Positions 18,512 to 28,200 of a DNA stretch of 64,000 bases are shown piece by piece. Origin of the DNA: Vicinamibacteria bacterium (GTDB lineage Bacteria > Acidobacteriota > Vicinamibacteria > Marinacidobacterales > Marinacidobacteraceae); the NCBI GenBank assembly GCA_963422395.1, contig OY729431.1:576001-640000 (forward strand), given 5' to 3'. The number at the start of each line of letters is the position of its first letter. Position 1 is the first letter of the stretch. The notes under the pieces were generated by a model, which saw only the letters and a list, made by a program, of their open reading frames with translations, made no database searches and had not been told where the DNA came from. A program made the position numbers and the translations under genes.

Positions 18512-19666
18512 TCAGATCACATTGCCTTCGGGACGGCTCGAGCCGCTTCGGAAGCGGGTGATCGCGAAGTCGGAGATATCCAGCGTCTTCGATCGGCCGT
18601 CGGCGACGAGTTCGGAGATCGTCTTGCCGACCGCAGGGGCATGCTGCATCCCGTGGCCGGAAAAGCCGACTGCCAGCAGGAAGCGGGGATGGCCGGGAGC
18701 GGGGCCGAGGATGGCGTTGTGGTCAGGGGAGATCTCGTAGAGCCCGGCGTTCGCGGTCTTCATGGAGGCGGCGGCGAGGGCGGGGAGGCGCCGGGCAGCC
18801 TGTTCCCAGGCCCCGGCGAGGTAGTCGAGGTCCGGGGTCTGGGAGAAGCCCGGCGGTTCCTCCGGGTCGGAGTTGCCGACGAGCATGCCGCCGCTGTGTC
18901 GGTGTAGGTAGGCGCCGCTGCCCCAGTCGATGGTGAGCGGCATCCTCTCCGGGATCCACGAAAGCGGCTCGGTGGTGAAGAACTGGCGGCGGACCGGCTG
19001 GACCGGGACGGCGACGCCGAGCAGGTTGCCGACCTCGGCGGCCCAGGGGCCGGCGGCGTTCACGAGCCACTCGCAGCGCCAGCTCTCGCGTCCGGCGGTG
19101 AACCTGAAGCTGCCGTCTCGAAGGCTGGCCGCCGCAGTGACCTCGGCTCTCCGGCGCAACTCGACGCCGCCCCGTCGGGCGAGCGCGGCGTAGCCGGCTA
19201 CCAGCGCCGCGGGGGTGGCGACCCCGTCTTCGGCGCAGAAAGTGGCGCCCGCGAGATCGTCGGTCCGGATGCCGGGCAGGAGGCGGGCCGCTTCCTCCGG
19301 GGGGATCACTTCCACGGGTGCGCCCAGTGCGCGCTGGAGCTTCGCGGCGGCGGCGAAGCGGCGGAGGTCCTCCTCACGATTCAGGAGGAACAGGTAGCCG
19401 TCCTGGACGAAGTCCGCATCCACCCCGGTACGTTCCCGGAAGCACCGGATCTCCTCGATGCTGTAGCGGGAGAACGCCACATTCGCCGGAGTGGTGAACT
19501 GGAGGCGCACTCCGCCGGCGGCCTTGGCGGTGGAGCCGGCGCCCAGGACATCCTCGCGCTCGAAGACCACGACCCGCCCGACCTTTCGCTCGGCGAGGTG
19601 GGCGGCGATCGAAGCGCCGATGACTCCGCCCCCGACGATGGCGACTTCGGCGGCGCGGGCGGACAT
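18512..19666 (-). CDS. FAD-dependent oxidoreductase (DAO / sarcosine oxidase beta-like)
   Basis: IVGGGVIG, GSTAKAAGG, VNAAGPW and GFSGHG motifs. Confidence 0.92.
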   Translation of the reverse strand: MSARAAEVAIVGGGVIGASIAAHLAERKVGRVVVFEREDVLGAGSTAKAAGGVRLQFTTPANVAFSRYSIEEIRCFRERTGVDADFVQDGYLFLLNREEDLRRFAAAAKLQRALGAPVEVIPPEEAARLLPGIRTDDLAGATFCAEDGVATPAALVAGYAALARRGGVELRRRAEVTAAASLRDGSFRFTAGRESWRCEWLVNAAGPWAAEVGNLLGVAVPVQPVRRQFFTTEPLSWIPERMPLTIDWGSGAYLHRHSGGMLVGNSDPEEPPGFSQTPDLDYLAGAWEQAARRLPALAAASMKTANAGLYEISPDHNAILGPAPGHPRFLLAVGFSGHGMQHAPAVGKTISELVADGRSKTLDISDFAITRFRSGSSRPEGNVI

Positions 19667-19744
19667 CCCAGAAGGGGGATTCTGGCGAACCGCTCTCGTT
19701 TCCGATACCGGAATCCGGCTCTGCCCCGGCTAGAATTGCGCTCC

Positions 19745-21106
19745 TTGCCCGAAACCGCTGCCAAAGCAACCCCCGGCGAGCTCCCGGAGGGAGTGCCGGA
19801 CGGAACGACAGACGGAATCTCGGGCGGAACCCTGCTCCTCACCGATACCCGGACCGGTGCCCGTTACGAGCTCGAGATCGAACACGGGGCCATCCGTGCC
19901 GCCGGCCTCGCCCAGGTGCGGACCGGCGAGACGGGACCCGGACTCGCAGCCTACGATCCGGCGTTCAAGAACACCGCCGCCTGCATCAGCCGGATCACCG
20001 AAATAGACGGCGACCGGGGCATCCTCCGCTACCGCGGCTATCCGATCGAGGAGCTCGCCGGGCGCGTCAGCTATCTCGATACCGCCTGGCTGCTGCTCAG
20101 GGGGGAGCTCCCCACCTCGGAGGAGAGCGAGCGCTGGCGGCGGGAGATCGCCGCCCAACAGGCGGTCGGGGAACCGCTGCCCCGGCTCCTCGACGGGTTC
20201 GCCCCGGACGCCCATCCGATGGCGATGTTCATCGCGCTGCTCGCCGGTCTCGGCGCGATGCACCCGGAGGCGAAGGAGGTCGCCGACGCCGAGGGCCGCG
20301 CCCGCCAGATCCGCCGGCTGATCGCCGCTGCTCCCACCCTCGCGGCGATGGCCTACCGCCGGGGGCGGGAGCTCGCTCCGGTTCCGCCGCGCGCGGATCT
20401 CGACTTTCCGGCGAATTTCCTGAACATGGTGTTCGGCGGGGAAGGATCCGGGTTCGAACCGGATCCGGTGCTCGGGCGGGCGATGGAGGTGCTGTTCCTG
20501 CTGCACGCCGACCACGAGCAGAATTGCTCCACTTCGGCGATGCGCGGGGTCGGCAGCTCCCACGCCGACCCGTACTCGGCGGCGGCGGCGGCTTCGGCGG
20601 CGCTCTACGGGCCGCTCCACGGAGGAGCGAACGAAGCGGTACTGCGGATGCTCGCCGAGATCGGCAGCCGCGATCGGGTGCCGGCGTTCCTCCGCGAAGT
20701 GAAGGCGGGCGGGCGGCGGCTCATGGGCTTCGGACACCGCGTGTACAAGAGCTACGACCCGCGGGCGACCATCATCAAGCGGACCGCCTACGAGGTCTTC
20801 GAGGCGACGGGAAGGAACCCGAAGATCGACATCGCGCTCGAACTCGAGCGGATCGCGCTCCAGGAGGACTACTTCGTGAAGCGGCGCCTCTACCCGAATG
20901 TGGACTTCTATTCGGGGATCATCTACGAGGCGCTCGGTTTTCCGGTGGGGCTCTTCCCGGTGCTCTTCGCGGTACCGCGGATGTCCGGCTGGCTCGCCCA
21001 GTGGCAGGAGATGCTCGAGGATCCCGAGCAGAAGATCGCCCGCCCGAAGCAGATCTACCTGGGTGAGGCGAAGCGCCCGGTTCCCTCACGCGCGAAAACC
21101 GCCTGA
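19745..21106 (+). CDS. gltA: Citrate synthase (start uncertain; TTG chosen)
   Basis: LRYRGYPIE, HADHEQNCST, GPLHGGANE, GFGHRVYK and YPNVDFYSG. Confidence 0.96.
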   Translation: MPETAAKATPGELPEGVPDGTTDGISGGTLLLTDTRTGARYELEIEHGAIRAAGLAQVRTGETGPGLAAYDPAFKNTAACISRITEIDGDRGILRYRGYPIEELAGRVSYLDTAWLLLRGELPTSEESERWRREIAAQQAVGEPLPRLLDGFAPDAHPMAMFIALLAGLGAMHPEAKEVADAEGRARQIRRLIAAAPTLAAMAYRRGRELAPVPPRADLDFPANFLNMVFGGEGSGFEPDPVLGRAMEVLFLLHADHEQNCSTSAMRGVGSSHADPYSAAAAASAALYGPLHGGANEAVLRMLAEIGSRDRVPAFLREVKAGGRRLMGFGHRVYKSYDPRATIIKRTAYEVFEATGRNPKIDIALELERIALQEDYFVKRRLYPNVDFYSGIIYEALGFPVGLFPVLFAVPRMSGWLAQWQEMLEDPEQKIARPKQIYLGEAKRPVPSRAKTA

Positions 21107-21344
21107 GGGCCACGGGGACTGAGGGCCCCGGGGAGAAGCCGCACCGGGACGATCGGTGATCGCTCCGGACCGTCCCGGCGCCTTCCGCCTCCCGGAGGGC
21201 GCGGTTCTCCGGCTGGTGGCCACGGGGGAGACAGGCCCACTTCCGAGTCCTCTTTTCCCGGTTTGCTTTCCCGGTTTGGCTTCTCCCGCGCTGCCCTTCC
21301 GAACGGAGGGTTCCCCCGCATGGTTATGGTATTATGGCATCGTT

Positions 21345-21677
21345 ATGGCAGATAGCCGACCGGAAGCGCAGAAGCCCCTTCGAGCGGCTTCCTGCAAGGT
21401 GACCTACAGCCTGGATGAGGCAACGGTGGATGCGGTGAACCGTCTTTCTCGGCAGGCCGATCGGCCGAAGAGCGCGGTCGTCCGCGAGGCGGTCCGGTTC
21501 TACGGCGAAGAAATCCGGCGCCGGGAAGCCGCCGACCGCAGCCAGCGGCTGCGCCGTTTCGACGAGTTGATGGCGCGGATCCCCCAGCGCTCCGCAAGGG
21601 AAGTCGATGCCGAACTGAAGGAGATCCGTCGAGAACGGCGGCACTGGGATCGTCGGACGGCCCCGATCGGCGAGTAA
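21345..21677 (+). CDS. Ribbon-helix-helix (CopG-like) antitoxin
   Basis: KVTYSLDE...KSAVVREAV RHH pattern, directly upstream of the PIN gene. Confidence 0.8.
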   Translation: MADSRPEAQKPLRAASCKVTYSLDEATVDAVNRLSRQADRPKSAVVREAVRFYGEEIRRREAADRSQRLRRFDELMARIPQRSAREVDAELKEIRRERRHWDRRTAPIGE

Positions 21678-21687
21678 TCGTCTGCGA

Positions 21688-22071
21688 GTGATCGTTCTCG
21701 ACACTTCGGTCCTCGTGGACGCGATCGGCGGCACCCGAAGATGGGGGCCGGCGCTCCGCCGGGAGCTGGCGGCGGGGACCGCCCTCGGGCTTCCTTCCAT
21801 CGTGCTCTACGAATGGCGGCGGGGGCCGCGGATCGCGGCCGAACTGGAGCTGCAGCGGGAGTTCTTTCCTCCGAGCGCCATCCTTCCCTTCGGGGGGATC
21901 GAGGCCGAAGTCGCCGCCGATCTGTACCGGCGCTTGCCCCGGGCACGCGGCCGGAGCGCCGATCTCGCCATCGCCGCCTGCGCGCTGACCCGAAACGCGC
22001 TGCTGTGGACCGCGAACCGGGCTGATTTCGAGGATGTCGCCGAGCTGCGGCTCCATGAGCCAGCTCCCTAG
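21688..22071 (+). CDS. vapC: PIN-domain VapC toxin
   Basis: IVLDTSVLVD, E, DLAIAACA and LWTANRADF PIN motifs. Confidence 0.92.
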   Translation: MIVLDTSVLVDAIGGTRRWGPALRRELAAGTALGLPSIVLYEWRRGPRIAAELELQREFFPPSAILPFGGIEAEVAADLYRRLPRARGRSADLAIAACALTRNALLWTANRADFEDVAELRLHEPAP

Positions 22072-22133
22072 CAGCCTATGGATGACTGGGCATCGCCGGC
22101 CTTTGGCCGTGCGACTTCGTCCACAGGCTGCTA
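22069..22133. repeat. 65-bp element bounded by 17-bp imperfect inverted repeats (MITE-like or terminator hairpin)
   Basis: TAGCAGCCTATGGATGA ... TCGTCCACAGGCTGCTA, 2 mismatches; flanked by CTAG/CTAA. Confidence 0.6.
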
Positions 22134-22212
22134 AGCCAAGCCCCCTCGACTCCTTGCTTCCGACCGCCTGGATCAGACCGAGGACCGGGTGGATTCGCCC
22201 GGGGCCGGACGA

Positions 22213-23340
22213 TCAGGCGGCGACGGCGGTCTCGGCTGCGGCCTCGGCCAGCGTCTCGCTGATGAGCCCGAGGCTCCGTTCGACCACCTCCGGTTCCGCT
22301 CCGTAGCCGATCCGCAAGAACCCCTCCATCTCGAAGTGGGACGAGGGGACCACCAGCAGATCGCGGGTGATCCGCAGGCGGTCGCCGAGTTTCTCCGAAG
22401 CGATGGGGTGGTGGTAGCGGACCGCGGCGATCGCTCCGGCTTCGGGCGGCGTCCAGGAAAGCCGCACCGGATGATCTTCGTGCGTCCGCACCCAGTCGGC
22501 CACCAGCGGCAGCTGCCGTCGGCAGATGCCGCGCGTCCGCTCGAGGAGGGCGGGACGCCGGTCGAGCGCGATCTGTGCGAGCCGGTCCGAGAGCGCGCTG
22601 ACCGCCAGGGTGTTGTAGTCCCGGTGCGCCCAGAGCTCGGCGGCCTTCTCCGCCGAAGTCACCGTCCAGCCGATCCGGAGCCCCGGCAGCCCGAACGCCT
22701 TGGAGAGCCCCGCGTTCAGCAGGAGCTTCTCGGCCCGGCCCCAAAAGCTCGGGCATTCCCGGCCGTCGAGCTCGGCGCCGCGGTACACCTCGTCGGCGAG
22801 CAGCCAGGCGCCCGCGCGGTCAGCGGCGGCGGCGATCCGGTCCATCTCCGGCTCGGTGAGCACGGCGCCGGTCGGATTGTTCGGATTGCAGACCGCGAGG
22901 AGCCGGGTTCGGTCGCCGACCGCAGCGTCGAGGGCATCGAGGTCCGGCCGCCAGCCGTTCTCCTCGATCAGCGGGAACGGGATCACCCGGGCACCGAGCG
23001 AACGGCAAGCGCCGACGATCTGCATGTAGTTCGGCATCATCACCACCGCCTCGTCTCCGGGGGAGAGGGTGGTGAGCGCCGAGAGGAAATTGGCCTCGGC
23101 GGCGCCGTTCGTCACCAGCACCTGGTCGGGCCCGGCGCCGGGATGGAGTGCCGCGATCCGCTCCCGCAGCGGCAGCGTGCCGTTCGTCTGCGGATAGCCG
23201 AGCAGGGTGTCCCCGAGGTTTTCGCCGGCGGCGAGCTCGGCGAGCGTCAGCGGGTGCACTCCGCTCTCCGAGATGTTCCAGCGAACGGTGTTCTCCCACT
23301 GGCACAGGCTTCGTTCCATCACGAACGGTTCGAACTTCAT
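22213..23340 (-). CDS. PLP-dependent aminotransferase class I/II
   Basis: CNPNNPTG, ADEVY and GLSKAFGLPGLRIGW; GGAGA RBS before the ATG at 23340. Confidence 0.93.
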   Translation of the reverse strand: MKFEPFVMERSLCQWENTVRWNISESGVHPLTLAELAAGENLGDTLLGYPQTNGTLPLRERIAALHPGAGPDQVLVTNGAAEANFLSALTTLSPGDEAVVMMPNYMQIVGACRSLGARVIPFPLIEENGWRPDLDALDAAVGDRTRLLAVCNPNNPTGAVLTEPEMDRIAAAADRAGAWLLADEVYRGAELDGRECPSFWGRAEKLLLNAGLSKAFGLPGLRIGWTVTSAEKAAELWAHRDYNTLAVSALSDRLAQIALDRRPALLERTRGICRRQLPLVADWVRTHEDHPVRLSWTPPEAGAIAAVRYHHPIASEKLGDRLRITRDLLVVPSSHFEMEGFLRIGYGAEPEVVERSLGLISETLAEAAAETAVAA

Positions 23341-23462
23341 GGGCCGTCTTCTCCCGGAGTTTCGCGGCGCCGCCGGGAACCCCGGGTGCGCTCGAGCGGC
23401 GATTCTACGGCGGAGCGCCCGGGTCCGCGTAGCATCCCCCGCGTGATCGAACCGCTTCCCCG

Positions 23463-24533
23463 ATGCTGACGAAGCTGAAGCTCCATCGATTCCGCAGCTT
23501 TCCTTCGAGCACGGCGAAGTTCGCGAATCCCACCTTTCTCGCCGGTCGGAACGGGTCCGGCAAGAGCAATCTCGTCGATGCCTTCGCCTTCCTCGCAGAG
23601 CTATGGAGTCGCCGCTCCGGGCGGTTCTCGACCGCCGCGGCGGCGTTTCCGCGGTGGCCAACCGGAGTTCGGCGCGAGAGCGCCCCGCCGACCTCGGACT
23701 CGGGGTGGAGGTCGAGAGCCCGGAGTTTCGCGCGATCTACGCCTTCGAGATGCGCGCCAGGAGAAGCCACGGATTCGTGGTTCGTCGCGAGCAGTGCATC
23801 GCGCAGCCGAAGTCGGACTCGAAAGTCTGGTTCGATCGCAGCCCCTCGGGATTCCGCAGCAACGTTCCGTCGCTTCAGCCGGCGACCGACGAGGCGGCGC
23901 TCGCCCTGCCCCTCGTGGGAGGTGATATCCGGTTCGGGAGCGTCTTGCGGTTCCTCGCCGGAATCCGCTCGTACCGGATCGAACCGGCCTCGCTTCGGGA
24001 AATGCAGGCCCCGGACGCCGGAGACCGACTGCGCCCGACAGGAGGCAACGCGGCGAGCGTCCTCCGCGAAATCTCGCGCGAATCGCCCGACGACTGGAAG
24101 ACGCTCCAGGAGCTGCTGCAGAGCATCGTTCCCGGGATCTCCTCGGTGAGCCCTCGGCAGCAGGGGAACAAACTCACTTTCCAGTTCGCCCACGGTCCTC
24201 GTGATCGAGGAGCCCGAGGCGACGATCCATCCCGGCGCGATCGGGGCGATCCTGGACCTGCTGCATGATGCGAGCCGTCGCATGCAGGTGGTGGTGACGA
24301 CCCACAGCCCCGATGTCCTCAACGCGAAGTGGATCGAAGCCGGCCACCTGCGGATCGTCACCTGGAACCGGGGGGCGAGCCGCGTCGGCGCGGCCTCGGA
24401 GTCGGTGAGCCGATCCCTCCGCGAGCATCTGATGGGGGCCGGAGAGCTGCTGCGGGCGAACGCTCTCACTCCGGAACCGATCTTCGACGAGCACATCGGT
24501 GAGCCGCGTCTGTTCGAGGACTGTCCGGTATGA
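23463..24533 (+). pseudogene. AAA_21-type ABC ATPase pseudogene (frameshift near 23600, internal deletion near 24191)
   Basis: Walker A GRNGSGKSN, Walker B IEEPE..IHP and TTHSP lie in three different frames; the ABC signature segment is missing. Confidence 0.85.
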
Positions 24534-24690
24534 AGATCCAGCCGATCGTCGAAGGTCATGGGGAGGTAGAAGCCTTCGGAGTGCTTCTCCGAAGGCTGCT
24601 CGGTACGGCCCAAGTTTGGGGTGTCGAGATCGGGGTGCCGGTTCGGCAACCACGCAACAAGCTGGTGAAACAGGACACTCTGAAAGAACC
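24530..24690 (+). pseudogene. N-terminal fragment of a DUF4276/TOPRIM-like partner protein
   Basis: MKIQPIVEGHGEVEA..LLRR start, ATGA-coupled to the ATPase; similarity appears to end after about 50 aa. Confidence 0.65.
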
Positions 24691-24877
24691 GGAAGCTCAG
24701 CCACTCCTTCGGCGTTCTGCTGCGCGGAGTCGGGAAGGACATCGGCGTCTGGCCGCCGGAGTGCTGGCGGACCTCGACGGCGGGCCGCTCCGTGCAGCAT
24801 CCCCCCCGGTGATCGAGCCGCTTCCCATGCTGACGAAGCTGACGCCCCAGCGCCTGTTCTCCCGGATAATCCGCCGC

Positions 24878-26881
24878 ATGACTCGATCCACCCTTTTCCT
24901 GGCTCTTCTCTCGTTCGCGGTTGAACCGGCTGCGGCAGAGACGCTCAGAGCAGAGGCGCCCACAGCAGAAATGGCTGCTGCCGCCGCAGCGCAGGCGGAG
25001 GCCGCCGGCCCCGCGGCGCGGATCGAGTGGCCGGCCTGGGGCGGGGATCAGGGCTCGACGCACTACTCCCCCCTCGCCCGCATCGACCGGGACAATGTCT
25101 CGCGGCTCCGGCTCGCCTGGGAGTGGGACACCGGCGAAGCTCCGCTCTCCGGACCGCGCCTGCCGGTGCCCAGGAATCCGGTCCGGCCCGGCAGTTTCGA
25201 GAACACCCCGATCGTGCGCGACGGGGTGATGTATGTGAGCACTTCCTACAACCGGGTGGCGGCGCTCGACCCGGACACCGGCGAGCTCCAGTGGCTCTAC
25301 GACCCGAGGATCACCGAGTGGGGGCAGGTGCCGAACGGCACCGGGTTCGTCCACCGGGGAGTGGCGCTGTGGGAAGGCGGCGACGGGACGCGGCGGGTGT
25401 TCCTGAACAGCCGCTGGCGGCTCCTCTCGATCGACGCGGTGACCGGCGAGCCCGATCCCTCCTTCGGAGACGGCGGCGAGATCGATCTGACCGCGCAGCT
25501 CCTCTGGCCGGTGAACCGCCTCCACTACACCCAGACTTCGCCGCCCGTCGTCTTCGAGGACCTGGTGATCCTGGGCAACGGGGTGTGGGACCTCTTCGTC
25601 TATGAGCGCGACCCGCCGGGGAATGTGCAGGCGTTCGATGCCCGTACCGGCGAGCTCGCCTGGTCCTTCAACCTGATCCCGCAGCCGGGCGAGTTCGGGA
25701 ACGACACCTGGGAGGACGGCGCCTGGGACCGCACCGGCCACACGAATGTCTGGGCGCCGATGGCGCTCGACGAAGAGCGCGGCCTGCTCTACCTGCCGGT
25801 GGGCACCCCGAGCAACGACTACTACGGCGGCGGCCGGCTCGGCGACAACCTCTACGCCGAGGCGGTGGTCTGCCTCGACGCCCGCACCGGCAAGCGGGTC
25901 TGGCACTTCCAGACGGTGCGCCACGGACTCTGGGACTACGACCTGCCGGCGGCGCCGGCGCTGCTCCCCATCGAGGTGGAGGGCAAGGAGATCGATGCGG
26001 TGGCGGTTCCGGCGAAGACGGGTTTTCTGTATGTCTTCGACCGGGTGACCGGAGAACCGGTCTGGCCCATCGAGGACCGTCCGGTCCCGGCGAGCGATGT
26101 CCCCGGAGAGCGCACCGCGGCGACGCAGCCCTTCCCCACCCGGCCCGCGCCCTTCGCGAAACAGGGTTTCTCCGAGGAGGATGTGATCGCCTTCACCCCC
26201 GAACTCCGCGAGGAGGCGCTCGCCAGCGTGCGCCAGTACCGGATGGGCGGTCTCTACACCCCGCCCTCGCTCCAGGGCACGATCTCGAACCCGGGCATCC
26301 TCGGAGGCGCCAACTGGGGCGGCGCTGCCGCCGATCCGGAAACCGGCGTGGTCTATGTCAAATCGAACGAGTTCCCGGCACTGCTGGCGCTCCGGGAAGC
26401 GGACCCCGAAGCCAGTGAAGGCCGCTACGGGCTCGACCGCGAGCGGCGCTCGCTGAACCTCCCGAACGGACTGCCCATCAACAAGCCGCCCTACGGCACC
26501 CTCACCGCCATCGACCTGAATACCGGCGAGCATCTGTTCCAGGTGCCGGCGGGCAACAATCCGCTGGTCCGCGAACACCCCGCGCTCGAAGGAGTGGACC
26601 TCGGCGAGGAGCGGCTCGGCATCGTCGGCGCGCCCGGTCCGATGGTCACCGCCGGAGGTCTCGTCTTCTTCACCGGCGGCGCGGATCATCTCTTCGCCCT
26701 CGACAAGACGACCGGGGAGGAGCTCTGGGCCCATCCGCTCGGCGCGAGTTCCTATGCGAACCCGATGACCTATGAATCTCCGGACGGGGTCCAGTTCGTC
26801 GTCATCGCGGTGGGGCGCGGCGAGGGGAACAAACTCATGGCGTTCTCACTCGGGCCGGAGGCCGGGGAGGGAATCCGATAG
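24878..26881 (+). CDS. Periplasmic PQQ-dependent dehydrogenase (glucose/quinate type)
   Basis: YSPL.RI...NV, FENTP, HGLWDYD, GGANWGG and PPYG motifs; signal peptide. Confidence 0.93.
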   Translation: MTRSTLFLALLSFAVEPAAAETLRAEAPTAEMAAAAAAQAEAAGPAARIEWPAWGGDQGSTHYSPLARIDRDNVSRLRLAWEWDTGEAPLSGPRLPVPRNPVRPGSFENTPIVRDGVMYVSTSYNRVAALDPDTGELQWLYDPRITEWGQVPNGTGFVHRGVALWEGGDGTRRVFLNSRWRLLSIDAVTGEPDPSFGDGGEIDLTAQLLWPVNRLHYTQTSPPVVFEDLVILGNGVWDLFVYERDPPGNVQAFDARTGELAWSFNLIPQPGEFGNDTWEDGAWDRTGHTNVWAPMALDEERGLLYLPVGTPSNDYYGGGRLGDNLYAEAVVCLDARTGKRVWHFQTVRHGLWDYDLPAAPALLPIEVEGKEIDAVAVPAKTGFLYVFDRVTGEPVWPIEDRPVPASDVPGERTAATQPFPTRPAPFAKQGFSEEDVIAFTPELREEALASVRQYRMGGLYTPPSLQGTISNPGILGGANWGGAAADPETGVVYVKSNEFPALLALREADPEASEGRYGLDRERRSLNLPNGLPINKPPYGTLTAIDLNTGEHLFQVPAGNNPLVREHPALEGVDLGEERLGIVGAPGPMVTAGGLVFFTGGADHLFALDKTTGEELWAHPLGASSYANPMTYESPDGVQFVVIAVGRGEGNKLMAFSLGPEAGEGIR

Positions 26882-27010
26882 CCTGGCGCCGCGCCGCCGG
26901 CGGTGGCGTCTGGCGGTTTAGCATTCCCGGTTGCGGCGTTGACAGCCGCCGCCGAACGAATGCAGGACCCCGGTCTGATGAAGGCGCCCGGTGCGCCGAG
27001 GAGAAATCCC

Positions 27011-27535
27011 ATGCCCCTTCCCCCGCTCTACGACCCCGAAGCCGTCCGCCCCATGCAGGCGGAACTGACCGACTGCCGGGTCTCGCCGCTCCGCCGGGCC
27101 GAGGAGGTGGACGAGTTGCTGGCGCGGCCCGGCACCGCCCTGGTGGTGGTGAACTCGGTTTGCGGCTGCGCCGCCGGATCGGCTCGACCCGGAGTCACGA
27201 AAGCGCTCCAGAACGCCCGGATTCCCGACCACCTCGGCACCGTCTTCGCCGGAGTGGACCGGGACGCCACCGACCGCGCCCGCACCCACATGGCCGAGGC
27301 GCCGCCGTCGTCGCCGGCGATCGCGCTGTTTCGGGACGGCCAGCTGATCCACCTGCTGGAGCGGCGTCACATCGAGACCATGTCTCCCGACGGCATCGCC
27401 GACGACCTCGCCGCCGCCTTCGACGCCCACTGCGAGTCCGAGGGTCCTTCGGTGTCGCGCGAAGTCTGGGAACGCTCGGCCAGCGAGCGCCGGTGCGGTT
27501 CCGAAATCCCGCTCTGGGGCTCCGCACTCCGCTGA
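27011..27535 (+). CDS. Bacilliredoxin (YphP/YqiW family; unrelated to BREX Brx proteins)
   Basis: VVNSVCGCAAGSARP CGC motif; VFAGVD and PPSSP. Confidence 0.92.
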   Translation: MPLPPLYDPEAVRPMQAELTDCRVSPLRRAEEVDELLARPGTALVVVNSVCGCAAGSARPGVTKALQNARIPDHLGTVFAGVDRDATDRARTHMAEAPPSSPAIALFRDGQLIHLLERRHIETMSPDGIADDLAAAFDAHCESEGPSVSREVWERSASERRCGSEIPLWGSALR

Positions 27536-28200
27536 CCGTCGGCGGTTCCGCGGCGCGCCTGCCGGGAACCGCGGGCGAAGAGGCCGGCTCGGGAGGGCGG
27601 TTCCTGACCGTCGAGGGAGTCTCGGGAGCCGGCAAGACCACCCTGGTCCGCCGCCTCGCGGATCGACTGCGCGGGCTCGGTCGGCCGGTTACCGTCACCC
27701 ACGATCCCGGAGGAACCCGCGCCGGGAAAACCATCCGCGAACTGCTGCTCGGCACCGAAGGCCGCCTCTGCCCGGAAGCGGAGGTCGCCCTCTTCTTCGC
27801 CGACCGGGCCCAGAACCTCGACGAGGTGATCCGCCCGGCGCTCGCTCGGGGAGAGACGGTGATCGCCGACCGGTTCACCGATTCCACGATCGCCTACCAG
27901 GGCGGAGGCCGGGGCCTTCCCCGGGAACGGATCCTGGCGGTGGATCGGGCGATCACCGGCGGCTTCCGGCCGCAGCTGACGCTGGTTCTGGATCTTTCCG
28001 CGGCTCGGGGGCTCGCGCGTCTCCGGGGCCCGGACCGGATCGAGCGTGAGGCCGAGCGCTTCCACGAGCGGGTTCGCGAGGGGTTTCTTCGGATCGCCAG
28101 GGAGCACCCCGAGCGCGTCGTGGTGATTTCCGCCGCCGAGCCGATGGAGGAAGTCTTCGAGCGGGCTTTCGCGGTGCTCGCTGCGAGGCTGCTGTCGTGA
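27532..28200 (+). CDS. tmk: Thymidylate kinase (start uncertain: CTG 27532 or GTG 27493)
   Basis: EGVSGAGKTT, DRFTDSTIAYQG and DRIE motifs; upstream of holB. Confidence 0.93.
   Translation: MTVGGSAARLPGTAGEEAGSGGRFLTVEGVSGAGKTTLVRRLADRLRGLGRPVTVTHDPGGTRAGKTIRELLLGTEGRLCPEAEVALFFADRAQNLDEVIRPALARGETVIADRFTDSTIAYQGGGRGLPRERILAVDRAITGGFRPQLTLVLDLSAARGLARLRGPDRIEREAERFHERVREGFLRIAREHPERVVVISAAEPMEEVFERAFAVLAARLLS

Larger units (their letters stand above)
23431..24842. repeat. About 48-bp imperfect direct repeats (23431-23478 and 24796-24842) flanking the ATPase/DUF4276 module
   Basis: Both copies read AGCATCCCCC..GTGATCGA.CCGCTTCCC..ATGCTGACGAAGCTGA. Confidence 0.85.

Noticed and set aside
24530-26881. 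783-aa DUF4276-PQQ dehydrogenase fusion ORF
   Set aside because: Chance read-through; the dehydrogenase has its own -10 box, ATG (24878) and signal peptide
27011-27535. BrxA/BrxB-named protein as part of BREX
   Set aside because: Name coincidence; it is a bacilliredoxin
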